From contig CBDETK010000013.1 of assembly GCA_965242865.1 (NCBI GenBank), positions 1,760,001-1,824,000 on the forward strand: a stretch of DNA of 64,000 bases, read 5' to 3'. The stretch is from Candidatus Latescibacterota bacterium (GTDB lineage: Bacteria > Latescibacterota > UBA2968 > UBA8231). The notes below the pieces were generated by a model. It was not told where the DNA came from. It ran no database searches and saw nothing but the letters and a program-made list of their open reading frames with translations. Below are positions 1-14,861 of the stretch, piece after piece. The first letter of the stretch is position 1; the number at the start of each line of letters is the position of its first letter. A program made the position numbers and the translations under genes.

Positions 1-10
1 CCCAAGGCTG

Positions 11-856
11 TCAAGACGGGTCGTCGGCTAGTTTTTCCCGCAGATAGGCGCGGATTGACGCCCCCCATTCTGGGTCGTCGAGCGCGTAATCGACAAAGCT
101 CAAAAAATAAGACAGGTGGTTGCCAATGTCGCAGCGCTGCTCGTCGGTGCCCAAGCGCACGGCGCGGACTAGGCCCCCGGCCGCGATGAGGCCGGCAATC
201 GCGTCGGTGAGGTACATTTCCCCGCTCGCCGCCGGGGCGGTGGCGCGGAGGTGGGGAAAAATGGCCGGAGAAAACACATAGCGCGCACTAACGGCCAAGC
301 GGCTGGCGGTTTGCTCGGGCGTTGGTTTTTCGAGGATCGCGGTCAGCTTGGAATCGTCGGCTGCGGCCCCTTGGGGCACCAAGATGCCGTAGTGGTGCAT
401 CCGCTCTGGGGGCACTTCGTGGGCACCGATGGTGCAGGCCGCGTCGTGGCGCAGGTGCGAGTGGATCATGCGCTGCAACAGGGGGCGGCCCTTGTGCGTG
501 CGCACGATGCTGTCGCCAAAGGCCACGACAAAAGGCTCGCCGGCCGCAAAGGTCTCCCCGGCCGTGACCGCTGTGCCGGTGCCGGGGGGCTGGGGTTGGC
601 GCACCGAGAAAAACTCAACGCCGCACTCGCGCAAGCCCGCCGCGCCACAGTCGTCGAAGTGATCCTCAATCGCACGCTTGTCGCGCCCGGTGACGAAGAG
701 GATTTGGCGGATGCCGGCCGCCGCGAGCTCTTCGACGACGCGGTGGACGACCGGCAGGCGGCCCACGGGCAGCATTTCCTTGGGCAAGGCTTTGGTCGTG
801 GGCAGGAGTCGGGTGCCTAGACCGGCTACCGGCACAATGGCTTTGGCGATGTTCAT
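11..856 (-). CDS. galU: UTP--glucose-1-phosphate uridylyltransferase-like sugar-phosphate nucleotidyltransferase
   Basis: KAIVPVAGLGTRLLPTTKALPKEMLP N-terminal motif, EKP, GEMYLTDAI, DIG; ATG at 856 chosen. Confidence 0.75.
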   Translation of the reverse strand: MNIAKAIVPVAGLGTRLLPTTKALPKEMLPVGRLPVVHRVVEELAAAGIRQILFVTGRDKRAIEDHFDDCGAAGLRECGVEFFSVRQPQPPGTGTAVTAGETFAAGEPFVVAFGDSIVRTHKGRPLLQRMIHSHLRHDAACTIGAHEVPPERMHHYGILVPQGAAADDSKLTAILEKPTPEQTASRLAVSARYVFSPAIFPHLRATAPAASGEMYLTDAIAGLIAAGGLVRAVRLGTDEQRCDIGNHLSYFLSFVDYALDDPEWGASIRAYLREKLADDPS

Positions 857-894
857 GGGATGGCTCGCGCAAAATATGAGCGCGCTGCGGGTGT

Positions 895-923
895 TTGACA
901 AGCAATAGGTGGGGCGATATTAT
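895..923 (+). promoter_or_regulatory. sigma70-like promoter
   Basis: TTGACA (895-900), 17-bp spacer, TATTAT (918-923), upstream of AGGAG and ATG 956. Confidence 0.55.
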
Positions 924-955
924 GAGCGCTCTACCGGCAAATAGGAGTGGTTTCC

Positions 956-2131
956 ATGGGTGAGGGACAGCCTTATCCCGCGCTCAGCGAGGGCTTGCGC
1001 GTCTCCCGCGAGATATGGGCGCAGGTCGAAGCCGTATTGCACAGCGGCACTCAGCTCGCGCTAGCGACCACCGGCGGCGGCAGCGAACTCATTAGCTGGC
1101 TCTTGAATCACCCCGGGGCCTCGTGCGCGATCGTCGAAGCCCAAGTGCCCTATAGCGAGCGAGCGCTCGCAGCGTATTTGGCCGCGCCCGGGCCGCATCG
1201 GGCGAGCGAGCAAACCGCGCGCGATCTGGCGGGCCGGGCCTTTGTGCGGGCCGCTTCCTTGGCCGAGCGCGGGCCGCGCTGCATCGGCGTAGGCTGTAGT
1301 GCAGCCTTGGCGACGAGCCGGCCGCGGCGCGGTGCGGACCGGGGCTGCCTCGCGTTGCGCTTGGAGGATTCCTATCGCTTGTACACGTTGCGCTTTGAAA
1401 AGGGGGCCGCCAACCGCTTGGCGCAAGAGGAGGTCTTGAGCCGCTTGGCCTTGGAAGCCCTAGTGGAAGCTGGCGGTGGCCCGGTCGCTGGTGAATCGCT
1501 GCCCGAGTACGCGCATCTTGCGCGGCGCACACTGGCGTTGGACGATCCGCTGGGCTTGCTTTTTGCGGGCGAATTGGACGTCGTCGAGATGCGCTCCGAT
1601 GGGGGGTTCGCGCCCGAGGTTGAGCGGGGGCAGCGCTTGCTCTTGTCCGGGTCCTTCAATCCGCTGCACGAGGGACACGAGCGGCTCGCGGCTGCCGCGG
1701 GACGGTTGAGCGGTCGCCATCCGAGTTTGGAGCTGTCCATTGAAAACGTCGATAAGCCCCCGCTGCAAAGGAGTGCTGTGGAAAGCCGCTTGGCGCGAAT
1801 GCGCGGTCGCTTCCCGGTGGTGGTGACGCGGTCGCCGACCTTTTTGCAGAAAGCCCGGCTTTTTGGCGGTTGCCATTTCGCGTTGGGCTACGATACGGCC
1901 GTGCGGCTCTTACAAGGGCAATATTATGAGGATGGGGAGCGGGGCTTGGCCGCGGCTTTGGAGGAATTTGCCGCTGAGGGGTGTCGCTTTTGGGTAGCTG
2001 GGCGGGCGGATGGAGGGGCGTATCGCACTTTGGCGGATATGGATGTGCCGGGGCAGTACGCGGGCCTCTTCGCGGGGGTGCCTTTTAGGATGGATATTAG
2101 CTCGACGGTGCTCCGTGCGGATGGGGGGTAG
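956..2131 (+). CDS. CinA/PncC-like domain fused to HxGH nucleotidyltransferase (NadD/cytidylyltransferase-like)
   Basis: N-terminal TGGGS...PGAS...VPYS CinA-like motifs; C-terminal SGSFNPLHEGH, GYDT and DISST motifs; RBS AGGAG at 943. Confidence 0.7.
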   Translation: MGEGQPYPALSEGLRVSREIWAQVEAVLHSGTQLALATTGGGSELISWLLNHPGASCAIVEAQVPYSERALAAYLAAPGPHRASEQTARDLAGRAFVRAASLAERGPRCIGVGCSAALATSRPRRGADRGCLALRLEDSYRLYTLRFEKGAANRLAQEEVLSRLALEALVEAGGGPVAGESLPEYAHLARRTLALDDPLGLLFAGELDVVEMRSDGGFAPEVERGQRLLLSGSFNPLHEGHERLAAAAGRLSGRHPSLELSIENVDKPPLQRSAVESRLARMRGRFPVVVTRSPTFLQKARLFGGCHFALGYDTAVRLLQGQYYEDGERGLAAALEEFAAEGCRFWVAGRADGGAYRTLADMDVPGQYAGLFAGVPFRMDISSTVLRADGG

Positions 2132-2160
2132 GAGGGACGGCACGGGGGCCGTCCCTTACG
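2128..2160. repeat. REP-like GTAG-anchored palindrome
   Basis: GTAGG AGGGACGGC-acggg-GGCCGTCCCT TAC hairpin immediately at the stop codon. Confidence 0.55.
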
Positions 2161-2168
2161 GCTACAGC

Positions 2169-2310
2169 CACTCCGGGCGTGTGAGGGGTAGGCGTCGGCA
2201 GGCGACGATCCGACCGGCGAGTGCGGCACTCCGTGTGTGCGAGGGGTAGGCGTCGGCAGGCGACGATCCGACCGGCGAGTGCGGCACTCCGTGTGTGCGA
2301 GGGGTAGGCG
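2169..2310. repeat. 58-bp tandem repeat, about 2.4 copies
   Basis: GAGGGGTAGGCG recurs at 2183, 2241, 2299 and CACTCCG at 2169, 2227, 2285; each unit has GTCGG..CCGAC and GAGTGC-G-GCACTC hairpins. Confidence 0.9.
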
Positions 2311-2337
2311 GCAATGGCCACAAGAGGTACAAAAATA

Positions 2338-2515
2338 ACCAATGGTGCTAGTGTTTTACAATCCGAACTCCGCGATAGCCAACGGGACGCATCCGTTCTC
2401 ACCGGGCTGCATACCATGCCCCTGACCCAGCAGATTGAAGGCGGCCATGGCAAAGCTCAGATGGGCGGTGAAATACGCCCAAGCTCGATGGGTCTGCGGC
2501 TTAAATTTGGTTAAA
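2338..2515 (-). pseudogene. 3' remnant of an IS982-like transposase with its terminal repeat
   Basis: Minus frame ending at 2356 reads FKPQTHRAWAYFTAHLSFAMAAFNLLGQGHGMQPGENGCVPLAIAEFGL*, resembling IS982-type transposase C-termini; putative end ACCAATGGTGCTAGT at 2338. Confidence 0.45.
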
Positions 2516-2526
2516 AGACATTGTGG

Positions 2527-3117
2527 TTAGTTGACCGACGGATCCTTGGGAAATGCGGAGATGGGGCGATACTTGCCCCCCATGGAGTAGAGCACGGTTT
2601 GCCAGATGGTTTCGGGCGTGGGCGCGAGGACGTGTTCGGCGTTGCCCGGGGCCAAAAACCAAACGCCAGCGCGAATCTCGGCTTCGAGTTGGCCCGGCTC
2701 CCAGCCGGCATAGCCCAAGTAGAATCGCAGCCGCGGCACATCGGCGTGGAAGATATCGGCTTCGGCGTACTGGGCGTCGAGGTCGCCGCCCAAATAGAGG
2801 CCGTCGAGGATTTTCGTGCCCCCTTCAACTAGGCCGTCGAGCCGGTGCAAAAAGAACAGCCAGTGCGGGTGTACCGGCCCGCCCTGATAGAATATCCGCC
2901 CCAATTCCGCATGGGCCTCTTCGCTGCCCGCGAAGTGTTGCAGGGATTCGGCCGTATAACGGCGGATCTGCTCGCCGAAGGGCCGGTTGACCACCAAGCC
3001 CATGGTGAGGTCGTCTTCGCTATAGCGGGTGATGAGCACGACCGCGCGGTCGAAGGCCGGCGATTCATGCACGGGCGTAGCGACCAACAGGGTGCCGGTT
3101 TGGAGCGGTGCGGGCAT
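2527..3117 (-). CDS. YqgE/AlgH family protein (DUF179)
   Basis: LLVATP, F.RAVVL, GLVVNRP, GGPV, GYAGW..GQLE.E, W motifs; ATG at 3117. Confidence 0.9.
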   Translation of the reverse strand: MPAPLQTGTLLVATPVHESPAFDRAVVLITRYSEDDLTMGLVVNRPFGEQIRRYTAESLQHFAGSEEAHAELGRIFYQGGPVHPHWLFFLHRLDGLVEGGTKILDGLYLGGDLDAQYAEADIFHADVPRLRFYLGYAGWEPGQLEAEIRAGVWFLAPGNAEHVLAPTPETIWQTVLYSMGGKYRPISAFPKDPSVN

Positions 3118-3166
3118 GACAGGTGCTAGGGACGATAACAAAGACCGTGCGGCCAGACAACCGCGC

Positions 3167-4324
3167 TCAAGGGTACGCCCAGTAGCCGCGGCGAAGGGCG
3201 TCAAAGGCTTGGCACGCCTCGGCCCAAGCGGCCCGTAGCTCGGCAACGGCCGCGCCGGCGTCGAGTGCGCGGCAGATTTGGTCGGTGCCGGCGAGGCGGT
3301 CGAAGTTGTGGATGCCCCCGTCGGGTACGCGCCAAGCGAATTCGCGCGGGTAGAGCCGCCGCACGGTCGCGAGGGCCTCAAAACCAACGCCGACCGGCTC
3401 AAAGGCCGCGCGATCGAGGACGTGGACTTGGACGCCCTCGCAGGGTTGGCCGGCGTACTGGCCGGCCGTTGGCTGGAAAAACACCGGGCGAAAGCCCACC
3501 CCGGGCAGCGCGCGGCTGTTGAGCGCGTCCGCTAGGCGCGCCCCGTCGATAAACGGCGCGCCAACCTGCTCAAAAGGCTTGGCCGTCCCCCGTCCTTCGG
3601 ACACGTTCGTCCCCTCAAAAAAGCAGGTGCCCGGATAGAGCACGGCCGTCTCCGGGCTGGGCATGTTGGGCGACGGCGGAACCCACGGCAGGCCGGTCTC
3701 TTCCCAGTAAAAAGATCGTTGCCAACCTGCCATAGCAACGACGTGGAGGTCCGCGCCGATGCCGTATTCTTCGTTGAAGAGCCGGGCGAGCTCGCCGATA
3801 GTCAGCCCATAGCGCACTGGAATCGGGTACTGCCCGACGAACGAGGCAAACGCCGGGTCGAGACAGTTGCCGGCGATGGCTTGGCCGCCGAGGGGGTTGG
3901 GGCGGTCGAGCACGACGAAGGGGATGCCGGCTTGGGCGCAGGCGGCCATGCTCAGGCTCATGGTGTAGAGATAGGTGTAAAAGCGCGCCCCGACATCTTG
4001 CAGGTCAAAGAGCATCAGCTCGACGCCCGCGAGCAGGGCCGCGTCCGGCGCCCGCGTTTGCCCGTAGAGGCTGTAGGCCGGTACGCCGGTGCGGGCATCG
4101 GTGGCATGGGCGATGCGCTCGCCGTCTTGCGCGGCCCCGCGGATCCCGTGTTCTGGCCCGTACAAGGCGACGAGCGTACAGCAATCGGCTTGGTGCAGCC
4201 GGTCGGCCGTGGACCGCAAGCGCGCATCAACGCCCGAGTGATTGGTAATCAGGCCGACGCGCCGCCCGCGGATTAAGCCGGCGTCCGCAAGCAGGCGTTC
4301 GCACCCGAGGACGACGCGACTCAT
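3167..4324 (-). CDS. namZ: exo-beta-N-acetylmuramidase NamZ family (DUF1343)
   Basis: GLITNHSG, PEHG, DLQDVGARFYTY, LDRPNP, SPNMP, SEGRGT motifs; ATG at 4324 overlaps GT2 stop. Confidence 0.9.
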   Translation of the reverse strand: MSRVVLGCERLLADAGLIRGRRVGLITNHSGVDARLRSTADRLHQADCCTLVALYGPEHGIRGAAQDGERIAHATDARTGVPAYSLYGQTRAPDAALLAGVELMLFDLQDVGARFYTYLYTMSLSMAACAQAGIPFVVLDRPNPLGGQAIAGNCLDPAFASFVGQYPIPVRYGLTIGELARLFNEEYGIGADLHVVAMAGWQRSFYWEETGLPWVPPSPNMPSPETAVLYPGTCFFEGTNVSEGRGTAKPFEQVGAPFIDGARLADALNSRALPGVGFRPVFFQPTAGQYAGQPCEGVQVHVLDRAAFEPVGVGFEALATVRRLYPREFAWRVPDGGIHNFDRLAGTDQICRALDAGAAVAELRAAWAEACQAFDALRRGYWAYP

Positions 4325-5346
4325 TCGGGGACGAGCGCCGAGCTGCGCTGGACGCGGCGGGCAAAGTGCTGGTAGAGGACGCTGCCCGCATAAATGCCGG
4401 TGGGGGCGACGGACGCGCCGGCGCTGGCTTGGCTCTGGCAGCGGCGGCGATAGATGTTGCGCGGATGCGCCAAGCACCACAGCAAGCTGGCACAAGGGGC
4501 CAAGGCGCTGGACCACCGGCCTCGGCCGAGATAGTAGAGCACGGCCAAGACCTCCAGCCACAGGCGCACGGGCAGCAGCCACAGCAGCCGGGGCAGCCCC
4601 GAGTTTTTGCACAGCGTGACTAGGCTATTGCGGTGGTTGAAGTAGGTCTTGCGGAAAGTGGCCGGCGGCTGGGAAAAGCCCGAATGGTGAAAAACCACCG
4701 ATTGCGGCACCGCGCGGATTTGGTAGCCGGCGCGTTGGAGACGCCAGCACAGGTCAACCTCTTCAAAGTGCATAAAGTACTCGGGGTCGAAAAGACCGAC
4801 TTGGCGGACCGCGGCCACGCGGAGGAACAAGGCCGCGCCACAGGCCCAAAAGATCGGTACGGGCGCGTCGTATTGGCCCTCGTCGCGCTCGCAGCGGTCG
4901 AAGAGCCGCCCCCGACAAAAAGCGTACCCCAAGGCGTCGATGTACCCGCCGGCCCCGCCGCTGTAATCAAAGCACTCGGGCGCACTGGCCGAGCGCAGCT
5001 TGGGCTGGCAGGCGGCGATCTGGGGATTGCCGTCGGCCATTGCAACGAGGGGGGCGAGCCAGTTCGGGCTGACGCGGGTGTCGTCGTTGAGCAGCACGGC
5101 GTAGCGGGTGCGAGCGGCTGCCAACCCCCGGTTGCAGGCCGCGGCAAACCCCAAGTTGCGCTCGTTGCGCAAAATTGCCAGCGCGGGAAAGGCGGCTTGG
5201 GTCCGCTGCAAGCTCGGGGCGTTGCCGCCGTCGTCCACCACGAGCACGCAAACCGGGTGATCGCTGTGGACATAGACCGAGGCCACGCAGTCGTAGAGCA
5301 CATCCGCGCAATAGTGCGGAATGACGACGGTGACGGGCTCGGTCAT
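4321..5346 (-). CDS. glycosyltransferase family 2
   Basis: VVDD, N.GFAAACN, LLNDD, WACGA, FMHFEEVDLCWR motifs. Confidence 0.9.
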   Translation of the reverse strand: MTEPVTVVIPHYCADVLYDCVASVYVHSDHPVCVLVVDDGGNAPSLQRTQAAFPALAILRNERNLGFAAACNRGLAAARTRYAVLLNDDTRVSPNWLAPLVAMADGNPQIAACQPKLRSASAPECFDYSGGAGGYIDALGYAFCRGRLFDRCERDEGQYDAPVPIFWACGAALFLRVAAVRQVGLFDPEYFMHFEEVDLCWRLQRAGYQIRAVPQSVVFHHSGFSQPPATFRKTYFNHRNSLVTLCKNSGLPRLLWLLPVRLWLEVLAVLYYLGRGRWSSALAPCASLLWCLAHPRNIYRRRCQSQASAGASVAPTGIYAGSVLYQHFARRVQRSSALVPE

Positions 5347-7913
5347 GGCGCGACTGACTGGCGGAGGATGCGCTCGGCCTCGACCAACTCCGGCCGCGCG
5401 CCGTATTGCTCTTTGTACTGCTGGAGAATGGCCAAGGCCCCGGGCACATCGCCTTGGCCTTGGCGGGCGACGGCCAACTCGTAGTAGCCCTCCCAGCGGG
5501 TCGGCGCCAGGGCGATGGCTCGGTGATACAGGCCCTCGGCGCGGTCATAGGCCAAATAGGGTTCTTGGGTCAGCAAGCCGATCAGCGCGACGATGTTGTC
5601 GTAGGTGGCGGCCGGCTCCGTGCCCACGCGCTCAATGAGGACCCGAGCGGCCTCGTAGATGTGCTCGGTCGCTATGTCGTGTTGGCCGAGCTCGCTGAAG
5701 TAATCGGCCGCCGCATAGTGGTTTTCCCAGCTCAGGTAGATGTTGTCCCGCGCCCACTCCATGAGCAGGGGCACCTCGGCTCTGCGCCCCTGCTCCTCGT
5801 AGCTGCGGGCCAGTTGCAAGGCGCAAGCCCAGTAGTTGCCCAAGAGGCGCTCGGAGTTTTCGTCCTTGTACAAGGATGGGTCGTTGAGGCCGCGGAAGCG
5901 GTATTTTTCGAGCAAATTGCGCTCTAGGGCCTCGGCATCTACCCCGTCTGTGGGCTCGGGCGAGACCTTTACGCTCATGCCGACCATCGTCAGGTGCGGG
6001 TCGAGGTTGAGCAGGTTGCTGGCGGGCACGGTGATGGCAAAGTGAATGGGTTTTTTCCACTCGTTCCAAGCCAGAATTTTGATGACCATGACGTCTTGGA
6101 CGCGGAGGATTGGGAACTCGGGCGCAGTGGTCACCTCCACGTCAATGCCCAGTTTCTTGAACTCCGGCGGCACCTTGGGGTCGGGCCAGTACCGCTTGTA
6201 TAGATCGACCATCTGCGTGTCCGTGAGCACGGAGTCGATGAAGTCGTCGGTGTAGCGGATGTCGATGCGCGGCTCGCGGTCGCGCAGTTGCTTGATGTAC
6301 CAGTTGGTGTTCAACAAGCTCAAGTTGACTACCCGCACATCGCGGCGCACCCCTTCCACCTCCTGCAAAAACCACAGCGGAAACGTGTCGTTGTCGCCAT
6401 TGGTGAACAGGACGGAGCCTTCCTCGCAGCCCGTCAGCATGTTGTGCGCGTAATCGTAGGCAATAAAGTCGCCCGTGCGGTCTTCTATGTGATAGAGCCG
6501 CGCGGCCACCCCGGCCGGCAGCAACAACCCGGCCGCGGCCACCGCCATGACGACCGCCCGCCGCTGCCCCCACTGCTGCCGCACCGCTTCCACCACGCCC
6601 AGCCAGCCCAACCCCATCCACAGCGCGAACGCCAAGTACATGCCCCCAAACACATAGTGCCGCTCGCGCGGCTGCGGGTCTGGCATGTTCAGGTAGAGCG
6701 ACAGCCCAAACCCCATCACCAAGAACAGCACCAACACGCCTCCGAACCGCCGCCAGTCCTGCCGCCCGTGCCACAACAGCCCCCACAGCCCCAACAAGTA
6801 CGGCACCAGCGAAATGGCTACCCGATCCGGCAGGTTGATGGTGGCCTTGCGGAACTCTACGCTGCGCTCCAGCAGCGGAAAGGGAAACTGCTGAAAAAAG
6901 TATTTCATCTGCTGGTCCCAAAACTGATAGGTGCGGCTCGCCCGCGCCGTCAGCATGGTCGTCAGCATGCTCTCGGTGCCGTATTGCTCGCGATTGAGAA
7001 ACTTGAGAAACGCCGACCACGTTTCAGGATCGTTTTCGTCGATGGCCGGATTCAGGCCGGAGCGAATGTACAGCGCGCCGTACGTGGAATAGCCCAGCGC
7101 GAACAGCACGAGGACGCCCAGCAGCAGGACGAACAGCCGGCGGTCGCGACCGTATAGGTATGCCAGCAACCCGACCAACCCCAGCCCCATCACCCCATTC
7201 GACTGCGCCCCCGGCCCCAATACCACCAACCCCAGGCCGCTGACCGCGCCCCAGGCGAGCAACAGCACGATGAGTTGCCGCAACTCGCGGTCGGCAAACC
7301 ACGCCAGCAGCATGAGCGATGGAATGGTCAACAGGCACAACAGGTGCAAGCCGCCGCCGAGACCGAACAAATACGCCAGCACCAACAGCCAGCGGTCGTT
7401 GGCGGCCCCGGCCCCGCTGCCTTCCCAGTAGAGAATCAGCCACAGCCCCAGACACGTGAACAAGATGGAGTACCCATAGACCTCGGCTTCGGAGGCATTG
7501 TACCACTGGGTATAGGAAAAGGCCAGCGTCAGCGCGGCCACGGCCCCACCGGCGAGGACGCCGATGTCGCGGATGTCGCCGAGCGGTTGCAAGGGCTGGC
7601 CGCCCAAGGCCCGCCGCCCCAGCGCGACGGTCGACAAATAGACGCACCAAATCGCCAGCGCAGAGGTCAGGGCGGACATGAAGTTGACGCGGATGGCCAC
7701 CTCGCCGATGGGGAACAACGTAAAGACTCGCCCCAGCAGCACGTACAACGGAGCGCCCGGAGGATGGGGCACGCCGAGGATGTAGGATGTGGCGATGAAC
7801 TCGCCGCAGTCCCAAAACGACACGGTGGGCGCGAGGGTTTTCACGTACATCCCCAAGGTCAGCACGAAAATCCCCACCCCGAACACTCGGTGGATTACAG
7901 CGGAATTAGGCAT
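5343..7913 (-). CDS. DUF2723 / TMEM260-like multi-pass glycosyltransferase with C-terminal TPR-like region
   Basis: TLAPTVSFWDCGEF, HPPGAP, EAEVY, PRERHY, GDNDTFPLW motifs; many hydrophobic segments; helical C-terminal repeats. Confidence 0.85.
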   Translation of the reverse strand: MPNSAVIHRVFGVGIFVLTLGMYVKTLAPTVSFWDCGEFIATSYILGVPHPPGAPLYVLLGRVFTLFPIGEVAIRVNFMSALTSALAIWCVYLSTVALGRRALGGQPLQPLGDIRDIGVLAGGAVAALTLAFSYTQWYNASEAEVYGYSILFTCLGLWLILYWEGSGAGAANDRWLLVLAYLFGLGGGLHLLCLLTIPSLMLLAWFADRELRQLIVLLLAWGAVSGLGLVVLGPGAQSNGVMGLGLVGLLAYLYGRDRRLFVLLLGVLVLFALGYSTYGALYIRSGLNPAIDENDPETWSAFLKFLNREQYGTESMLTTMLTARASRTYQFWDQQMKYFFQQFPFPLLERSVEFRKATINLPDRVAISLVPYLLGLWGLLWHGRQDWRRFGGVLVLFLVMGFGLSLYLNMPDPQPRERHYVFGGMYLAFALWMGLGWLGVVEAVRQQWGQRRAVVMAVAAAGLLLPAGVAARLYHIEDRTGDFIAYDYAHNMLTGCEEGSVLFTNGDNDTFPLWFLQEVEGVRRDVRVVNLSLLNTNWYIKQLRDREPRIDIRYTDDFIDSVLTDTQMVDLYKRYWPDPKVPPEFKKLGIDVEVTTAPEFPILRVQDVMVIKILAWNEWKKPIHFAITVPASNLLNLDPHLTMVGMSVKVSPEPTDGVDAEALERNLLEKYRFRGLNDPSLYKDENSERLLGNYWACALQLARSYEEQGRRAEVPLLMEWARDNIYLSWENHYAAADYFSELGQHDIATEHIYEAARVLIERVGTEPAATYDNIVALIGLLTQEPYLAYDRAEGLYHRAIALAPTRWEGYYELAVARQGQGDVPGALAILQQYKEQYGARPELVEAERILRQSVAP

Positions 7914-7981
7914 GGCATGGTCTTAGGTGAAGGCGCGGATGGAAATTCATTGTAATATAGGCAAAAAGGCCGGCGACCGTC

Positions 7982-8631
7982 CTAGCCCACCAGTTCGGCC
8001 GTGCCCCAAGTGCTCGGATCGCGCTCGACGCCCATGTCTGATATAGACGACCAAGATTGGGTGCCGTGCTGCACGTCGTGCAGCAGGTACGCAAATCCCA
8101 CTCGGCTGAACTCTCTGGGGGCAAAACCATTGAGGCCAGCGGCCGGCAGTTTGATCTCCAACTGATAGCTCCGCTTGAGCCGGCGCAGGCCGGTCTCAAT
8201 GGCGTCTTCCGGGCAGGGCGGGGCCTGTTCGCGGGCGTCTGCAATGGAGGTCTGGCGGGCGATGGGTTGCTTGCCCCCTTGGCCGCTGCCGCCGGGCAAG
8301 ACGTAAAACCGATGGCAAAAGCGGTTGGCGCGATGCTCCTTGACGTCGCGGGTGTCGATAAACAGCTCGAGGCTGTCGCCAGCCGCCGGTTGCAGCGGGT
8401 TGAGCTGGTAGGTCGTCTTGTTTTTGACCGCGCAGGCAACGTACAGGCCGCTGTCGTCGTAGGACATATAGACCGAGGCAAAGGGCTTGTGACCATCGAC
8501 CGCCATCAGGTCGGGCACACGCGCGTCGTCGCCCCAATCGCGCAAGTTGCCGTCGATTTTGGGCGGCTTGTGCCGCCGGGGGCAGCGAAAGGAAAACTCG
8601 AAAAAGGCGCGTTGGGGCAGGTGCAAACCGC

Positions 8632-8635
<4 letters not shown>
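7982..8635 (-). CDS. CBM9/DOMON-like sugar-binding domain protein
   Basis: PKIDGNLRDW, YDDSGLYVA, GDSLELFIDT, YQLEIKLP, PSTWG pattern; ATG overlaps uvrA stop (ATGA). Confidence 0.7.
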
Positions 8636-14301
<5,666 letters not shown>

Positions 14302-14418
14302 GGCTTCGTGTAGCGCGAGGGGCGGGGAACGAAAACAAAGAATATACTATACGAATGTGCAGCGGGCAAGCGGTGGGGTGCGGAATGGGAACACCCCTGC
14401 TAGCCCTAGCAGACTCTG

Positions 14419-14447
14419 TTGACCGATTATAATATACAGCTTATAAT
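14419..14447 (+). promoter_or_regulatory. sigma70 promoter with overlapping inverted-repeat operator (TA promoter)
   Basis: TTGACC (14419-14424), 17 bp, TATAAT (14442-14447); ATTATAA...TTATAAT inverted repeat overlapping spacer and -10. Confidence 0.7.
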
Positions 14448-14454
14448 TTCAAGG

Positions 14455-14531
14455 ATGGAAATTCAAAAAAGACCGCGACCATTCCCGATAAGGATAGACG
14501 GCTTATCCTCAGAAAACTGAAGGAGGTTTGA
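14455..14531 (+). pseudogene. internally deleted RelE/HigB(Gp49)-type toxin
   Basis: ATG GAA ATT start abuts an out-of-frame tail KKTATIPDKDRRLILRKLKEV* (TGA 14529-14531) typical of HigB/Gp49 C-termini. Confidence 0.6.
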
Positions 14532-14533
14532 AA

Positions 14534-14836
14534 ATGCCTTGGAAAAAGGTAAACATTGAGCAATGGGCAGAGGAACTCGGCGTCAACATCAACGAACTAC
14601 GCCAGAAAGAACAGCTCATCGAAAAGATCGTGGAGAGTAGAAAGCGGCTTGGCTTGACGCAAGGCCAATTGGCCGAGAGGGTCGGCGTCTCTCAACCGCG
14701 CATTGCCCAGATTGAAAATAGAACCAAGATCGGAAAGATCAGCTTCGATGTGCTTTTCAATATCCTCGGTGCCTTGGGGCATGATTTCGAAATCACTACG
14801 CGCCAGGTGCGCGATCTCGAAAATGCAAATGCGTAG
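14534..14836 (+). CDS. XRE-family HTH protein, probable antitoxin
   Basis: RKRLGLTQGQLAERVGVSQPRIAQIE HTH; AGGAGG RBS 7 nt before ATG. Confidence 0.85.
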   Translation: MPWKKVNIEQWAEELGVNINELRQKEQLIEKIVESRKRLGLTQGQLAERVGVSQPRIAQIENRTKIGKISFDVLFNILGALGHDFEITTRQVRDLENANA

Positions 14837-14861
14837 CCGCGTATGTTAGATTTAGTTCGTT

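Noticed and set aside
2169-2310. Possible CRISPR array
   Set aside because: Whole 58-bp units are repeated with no unique spacers and no cas genes nearby.
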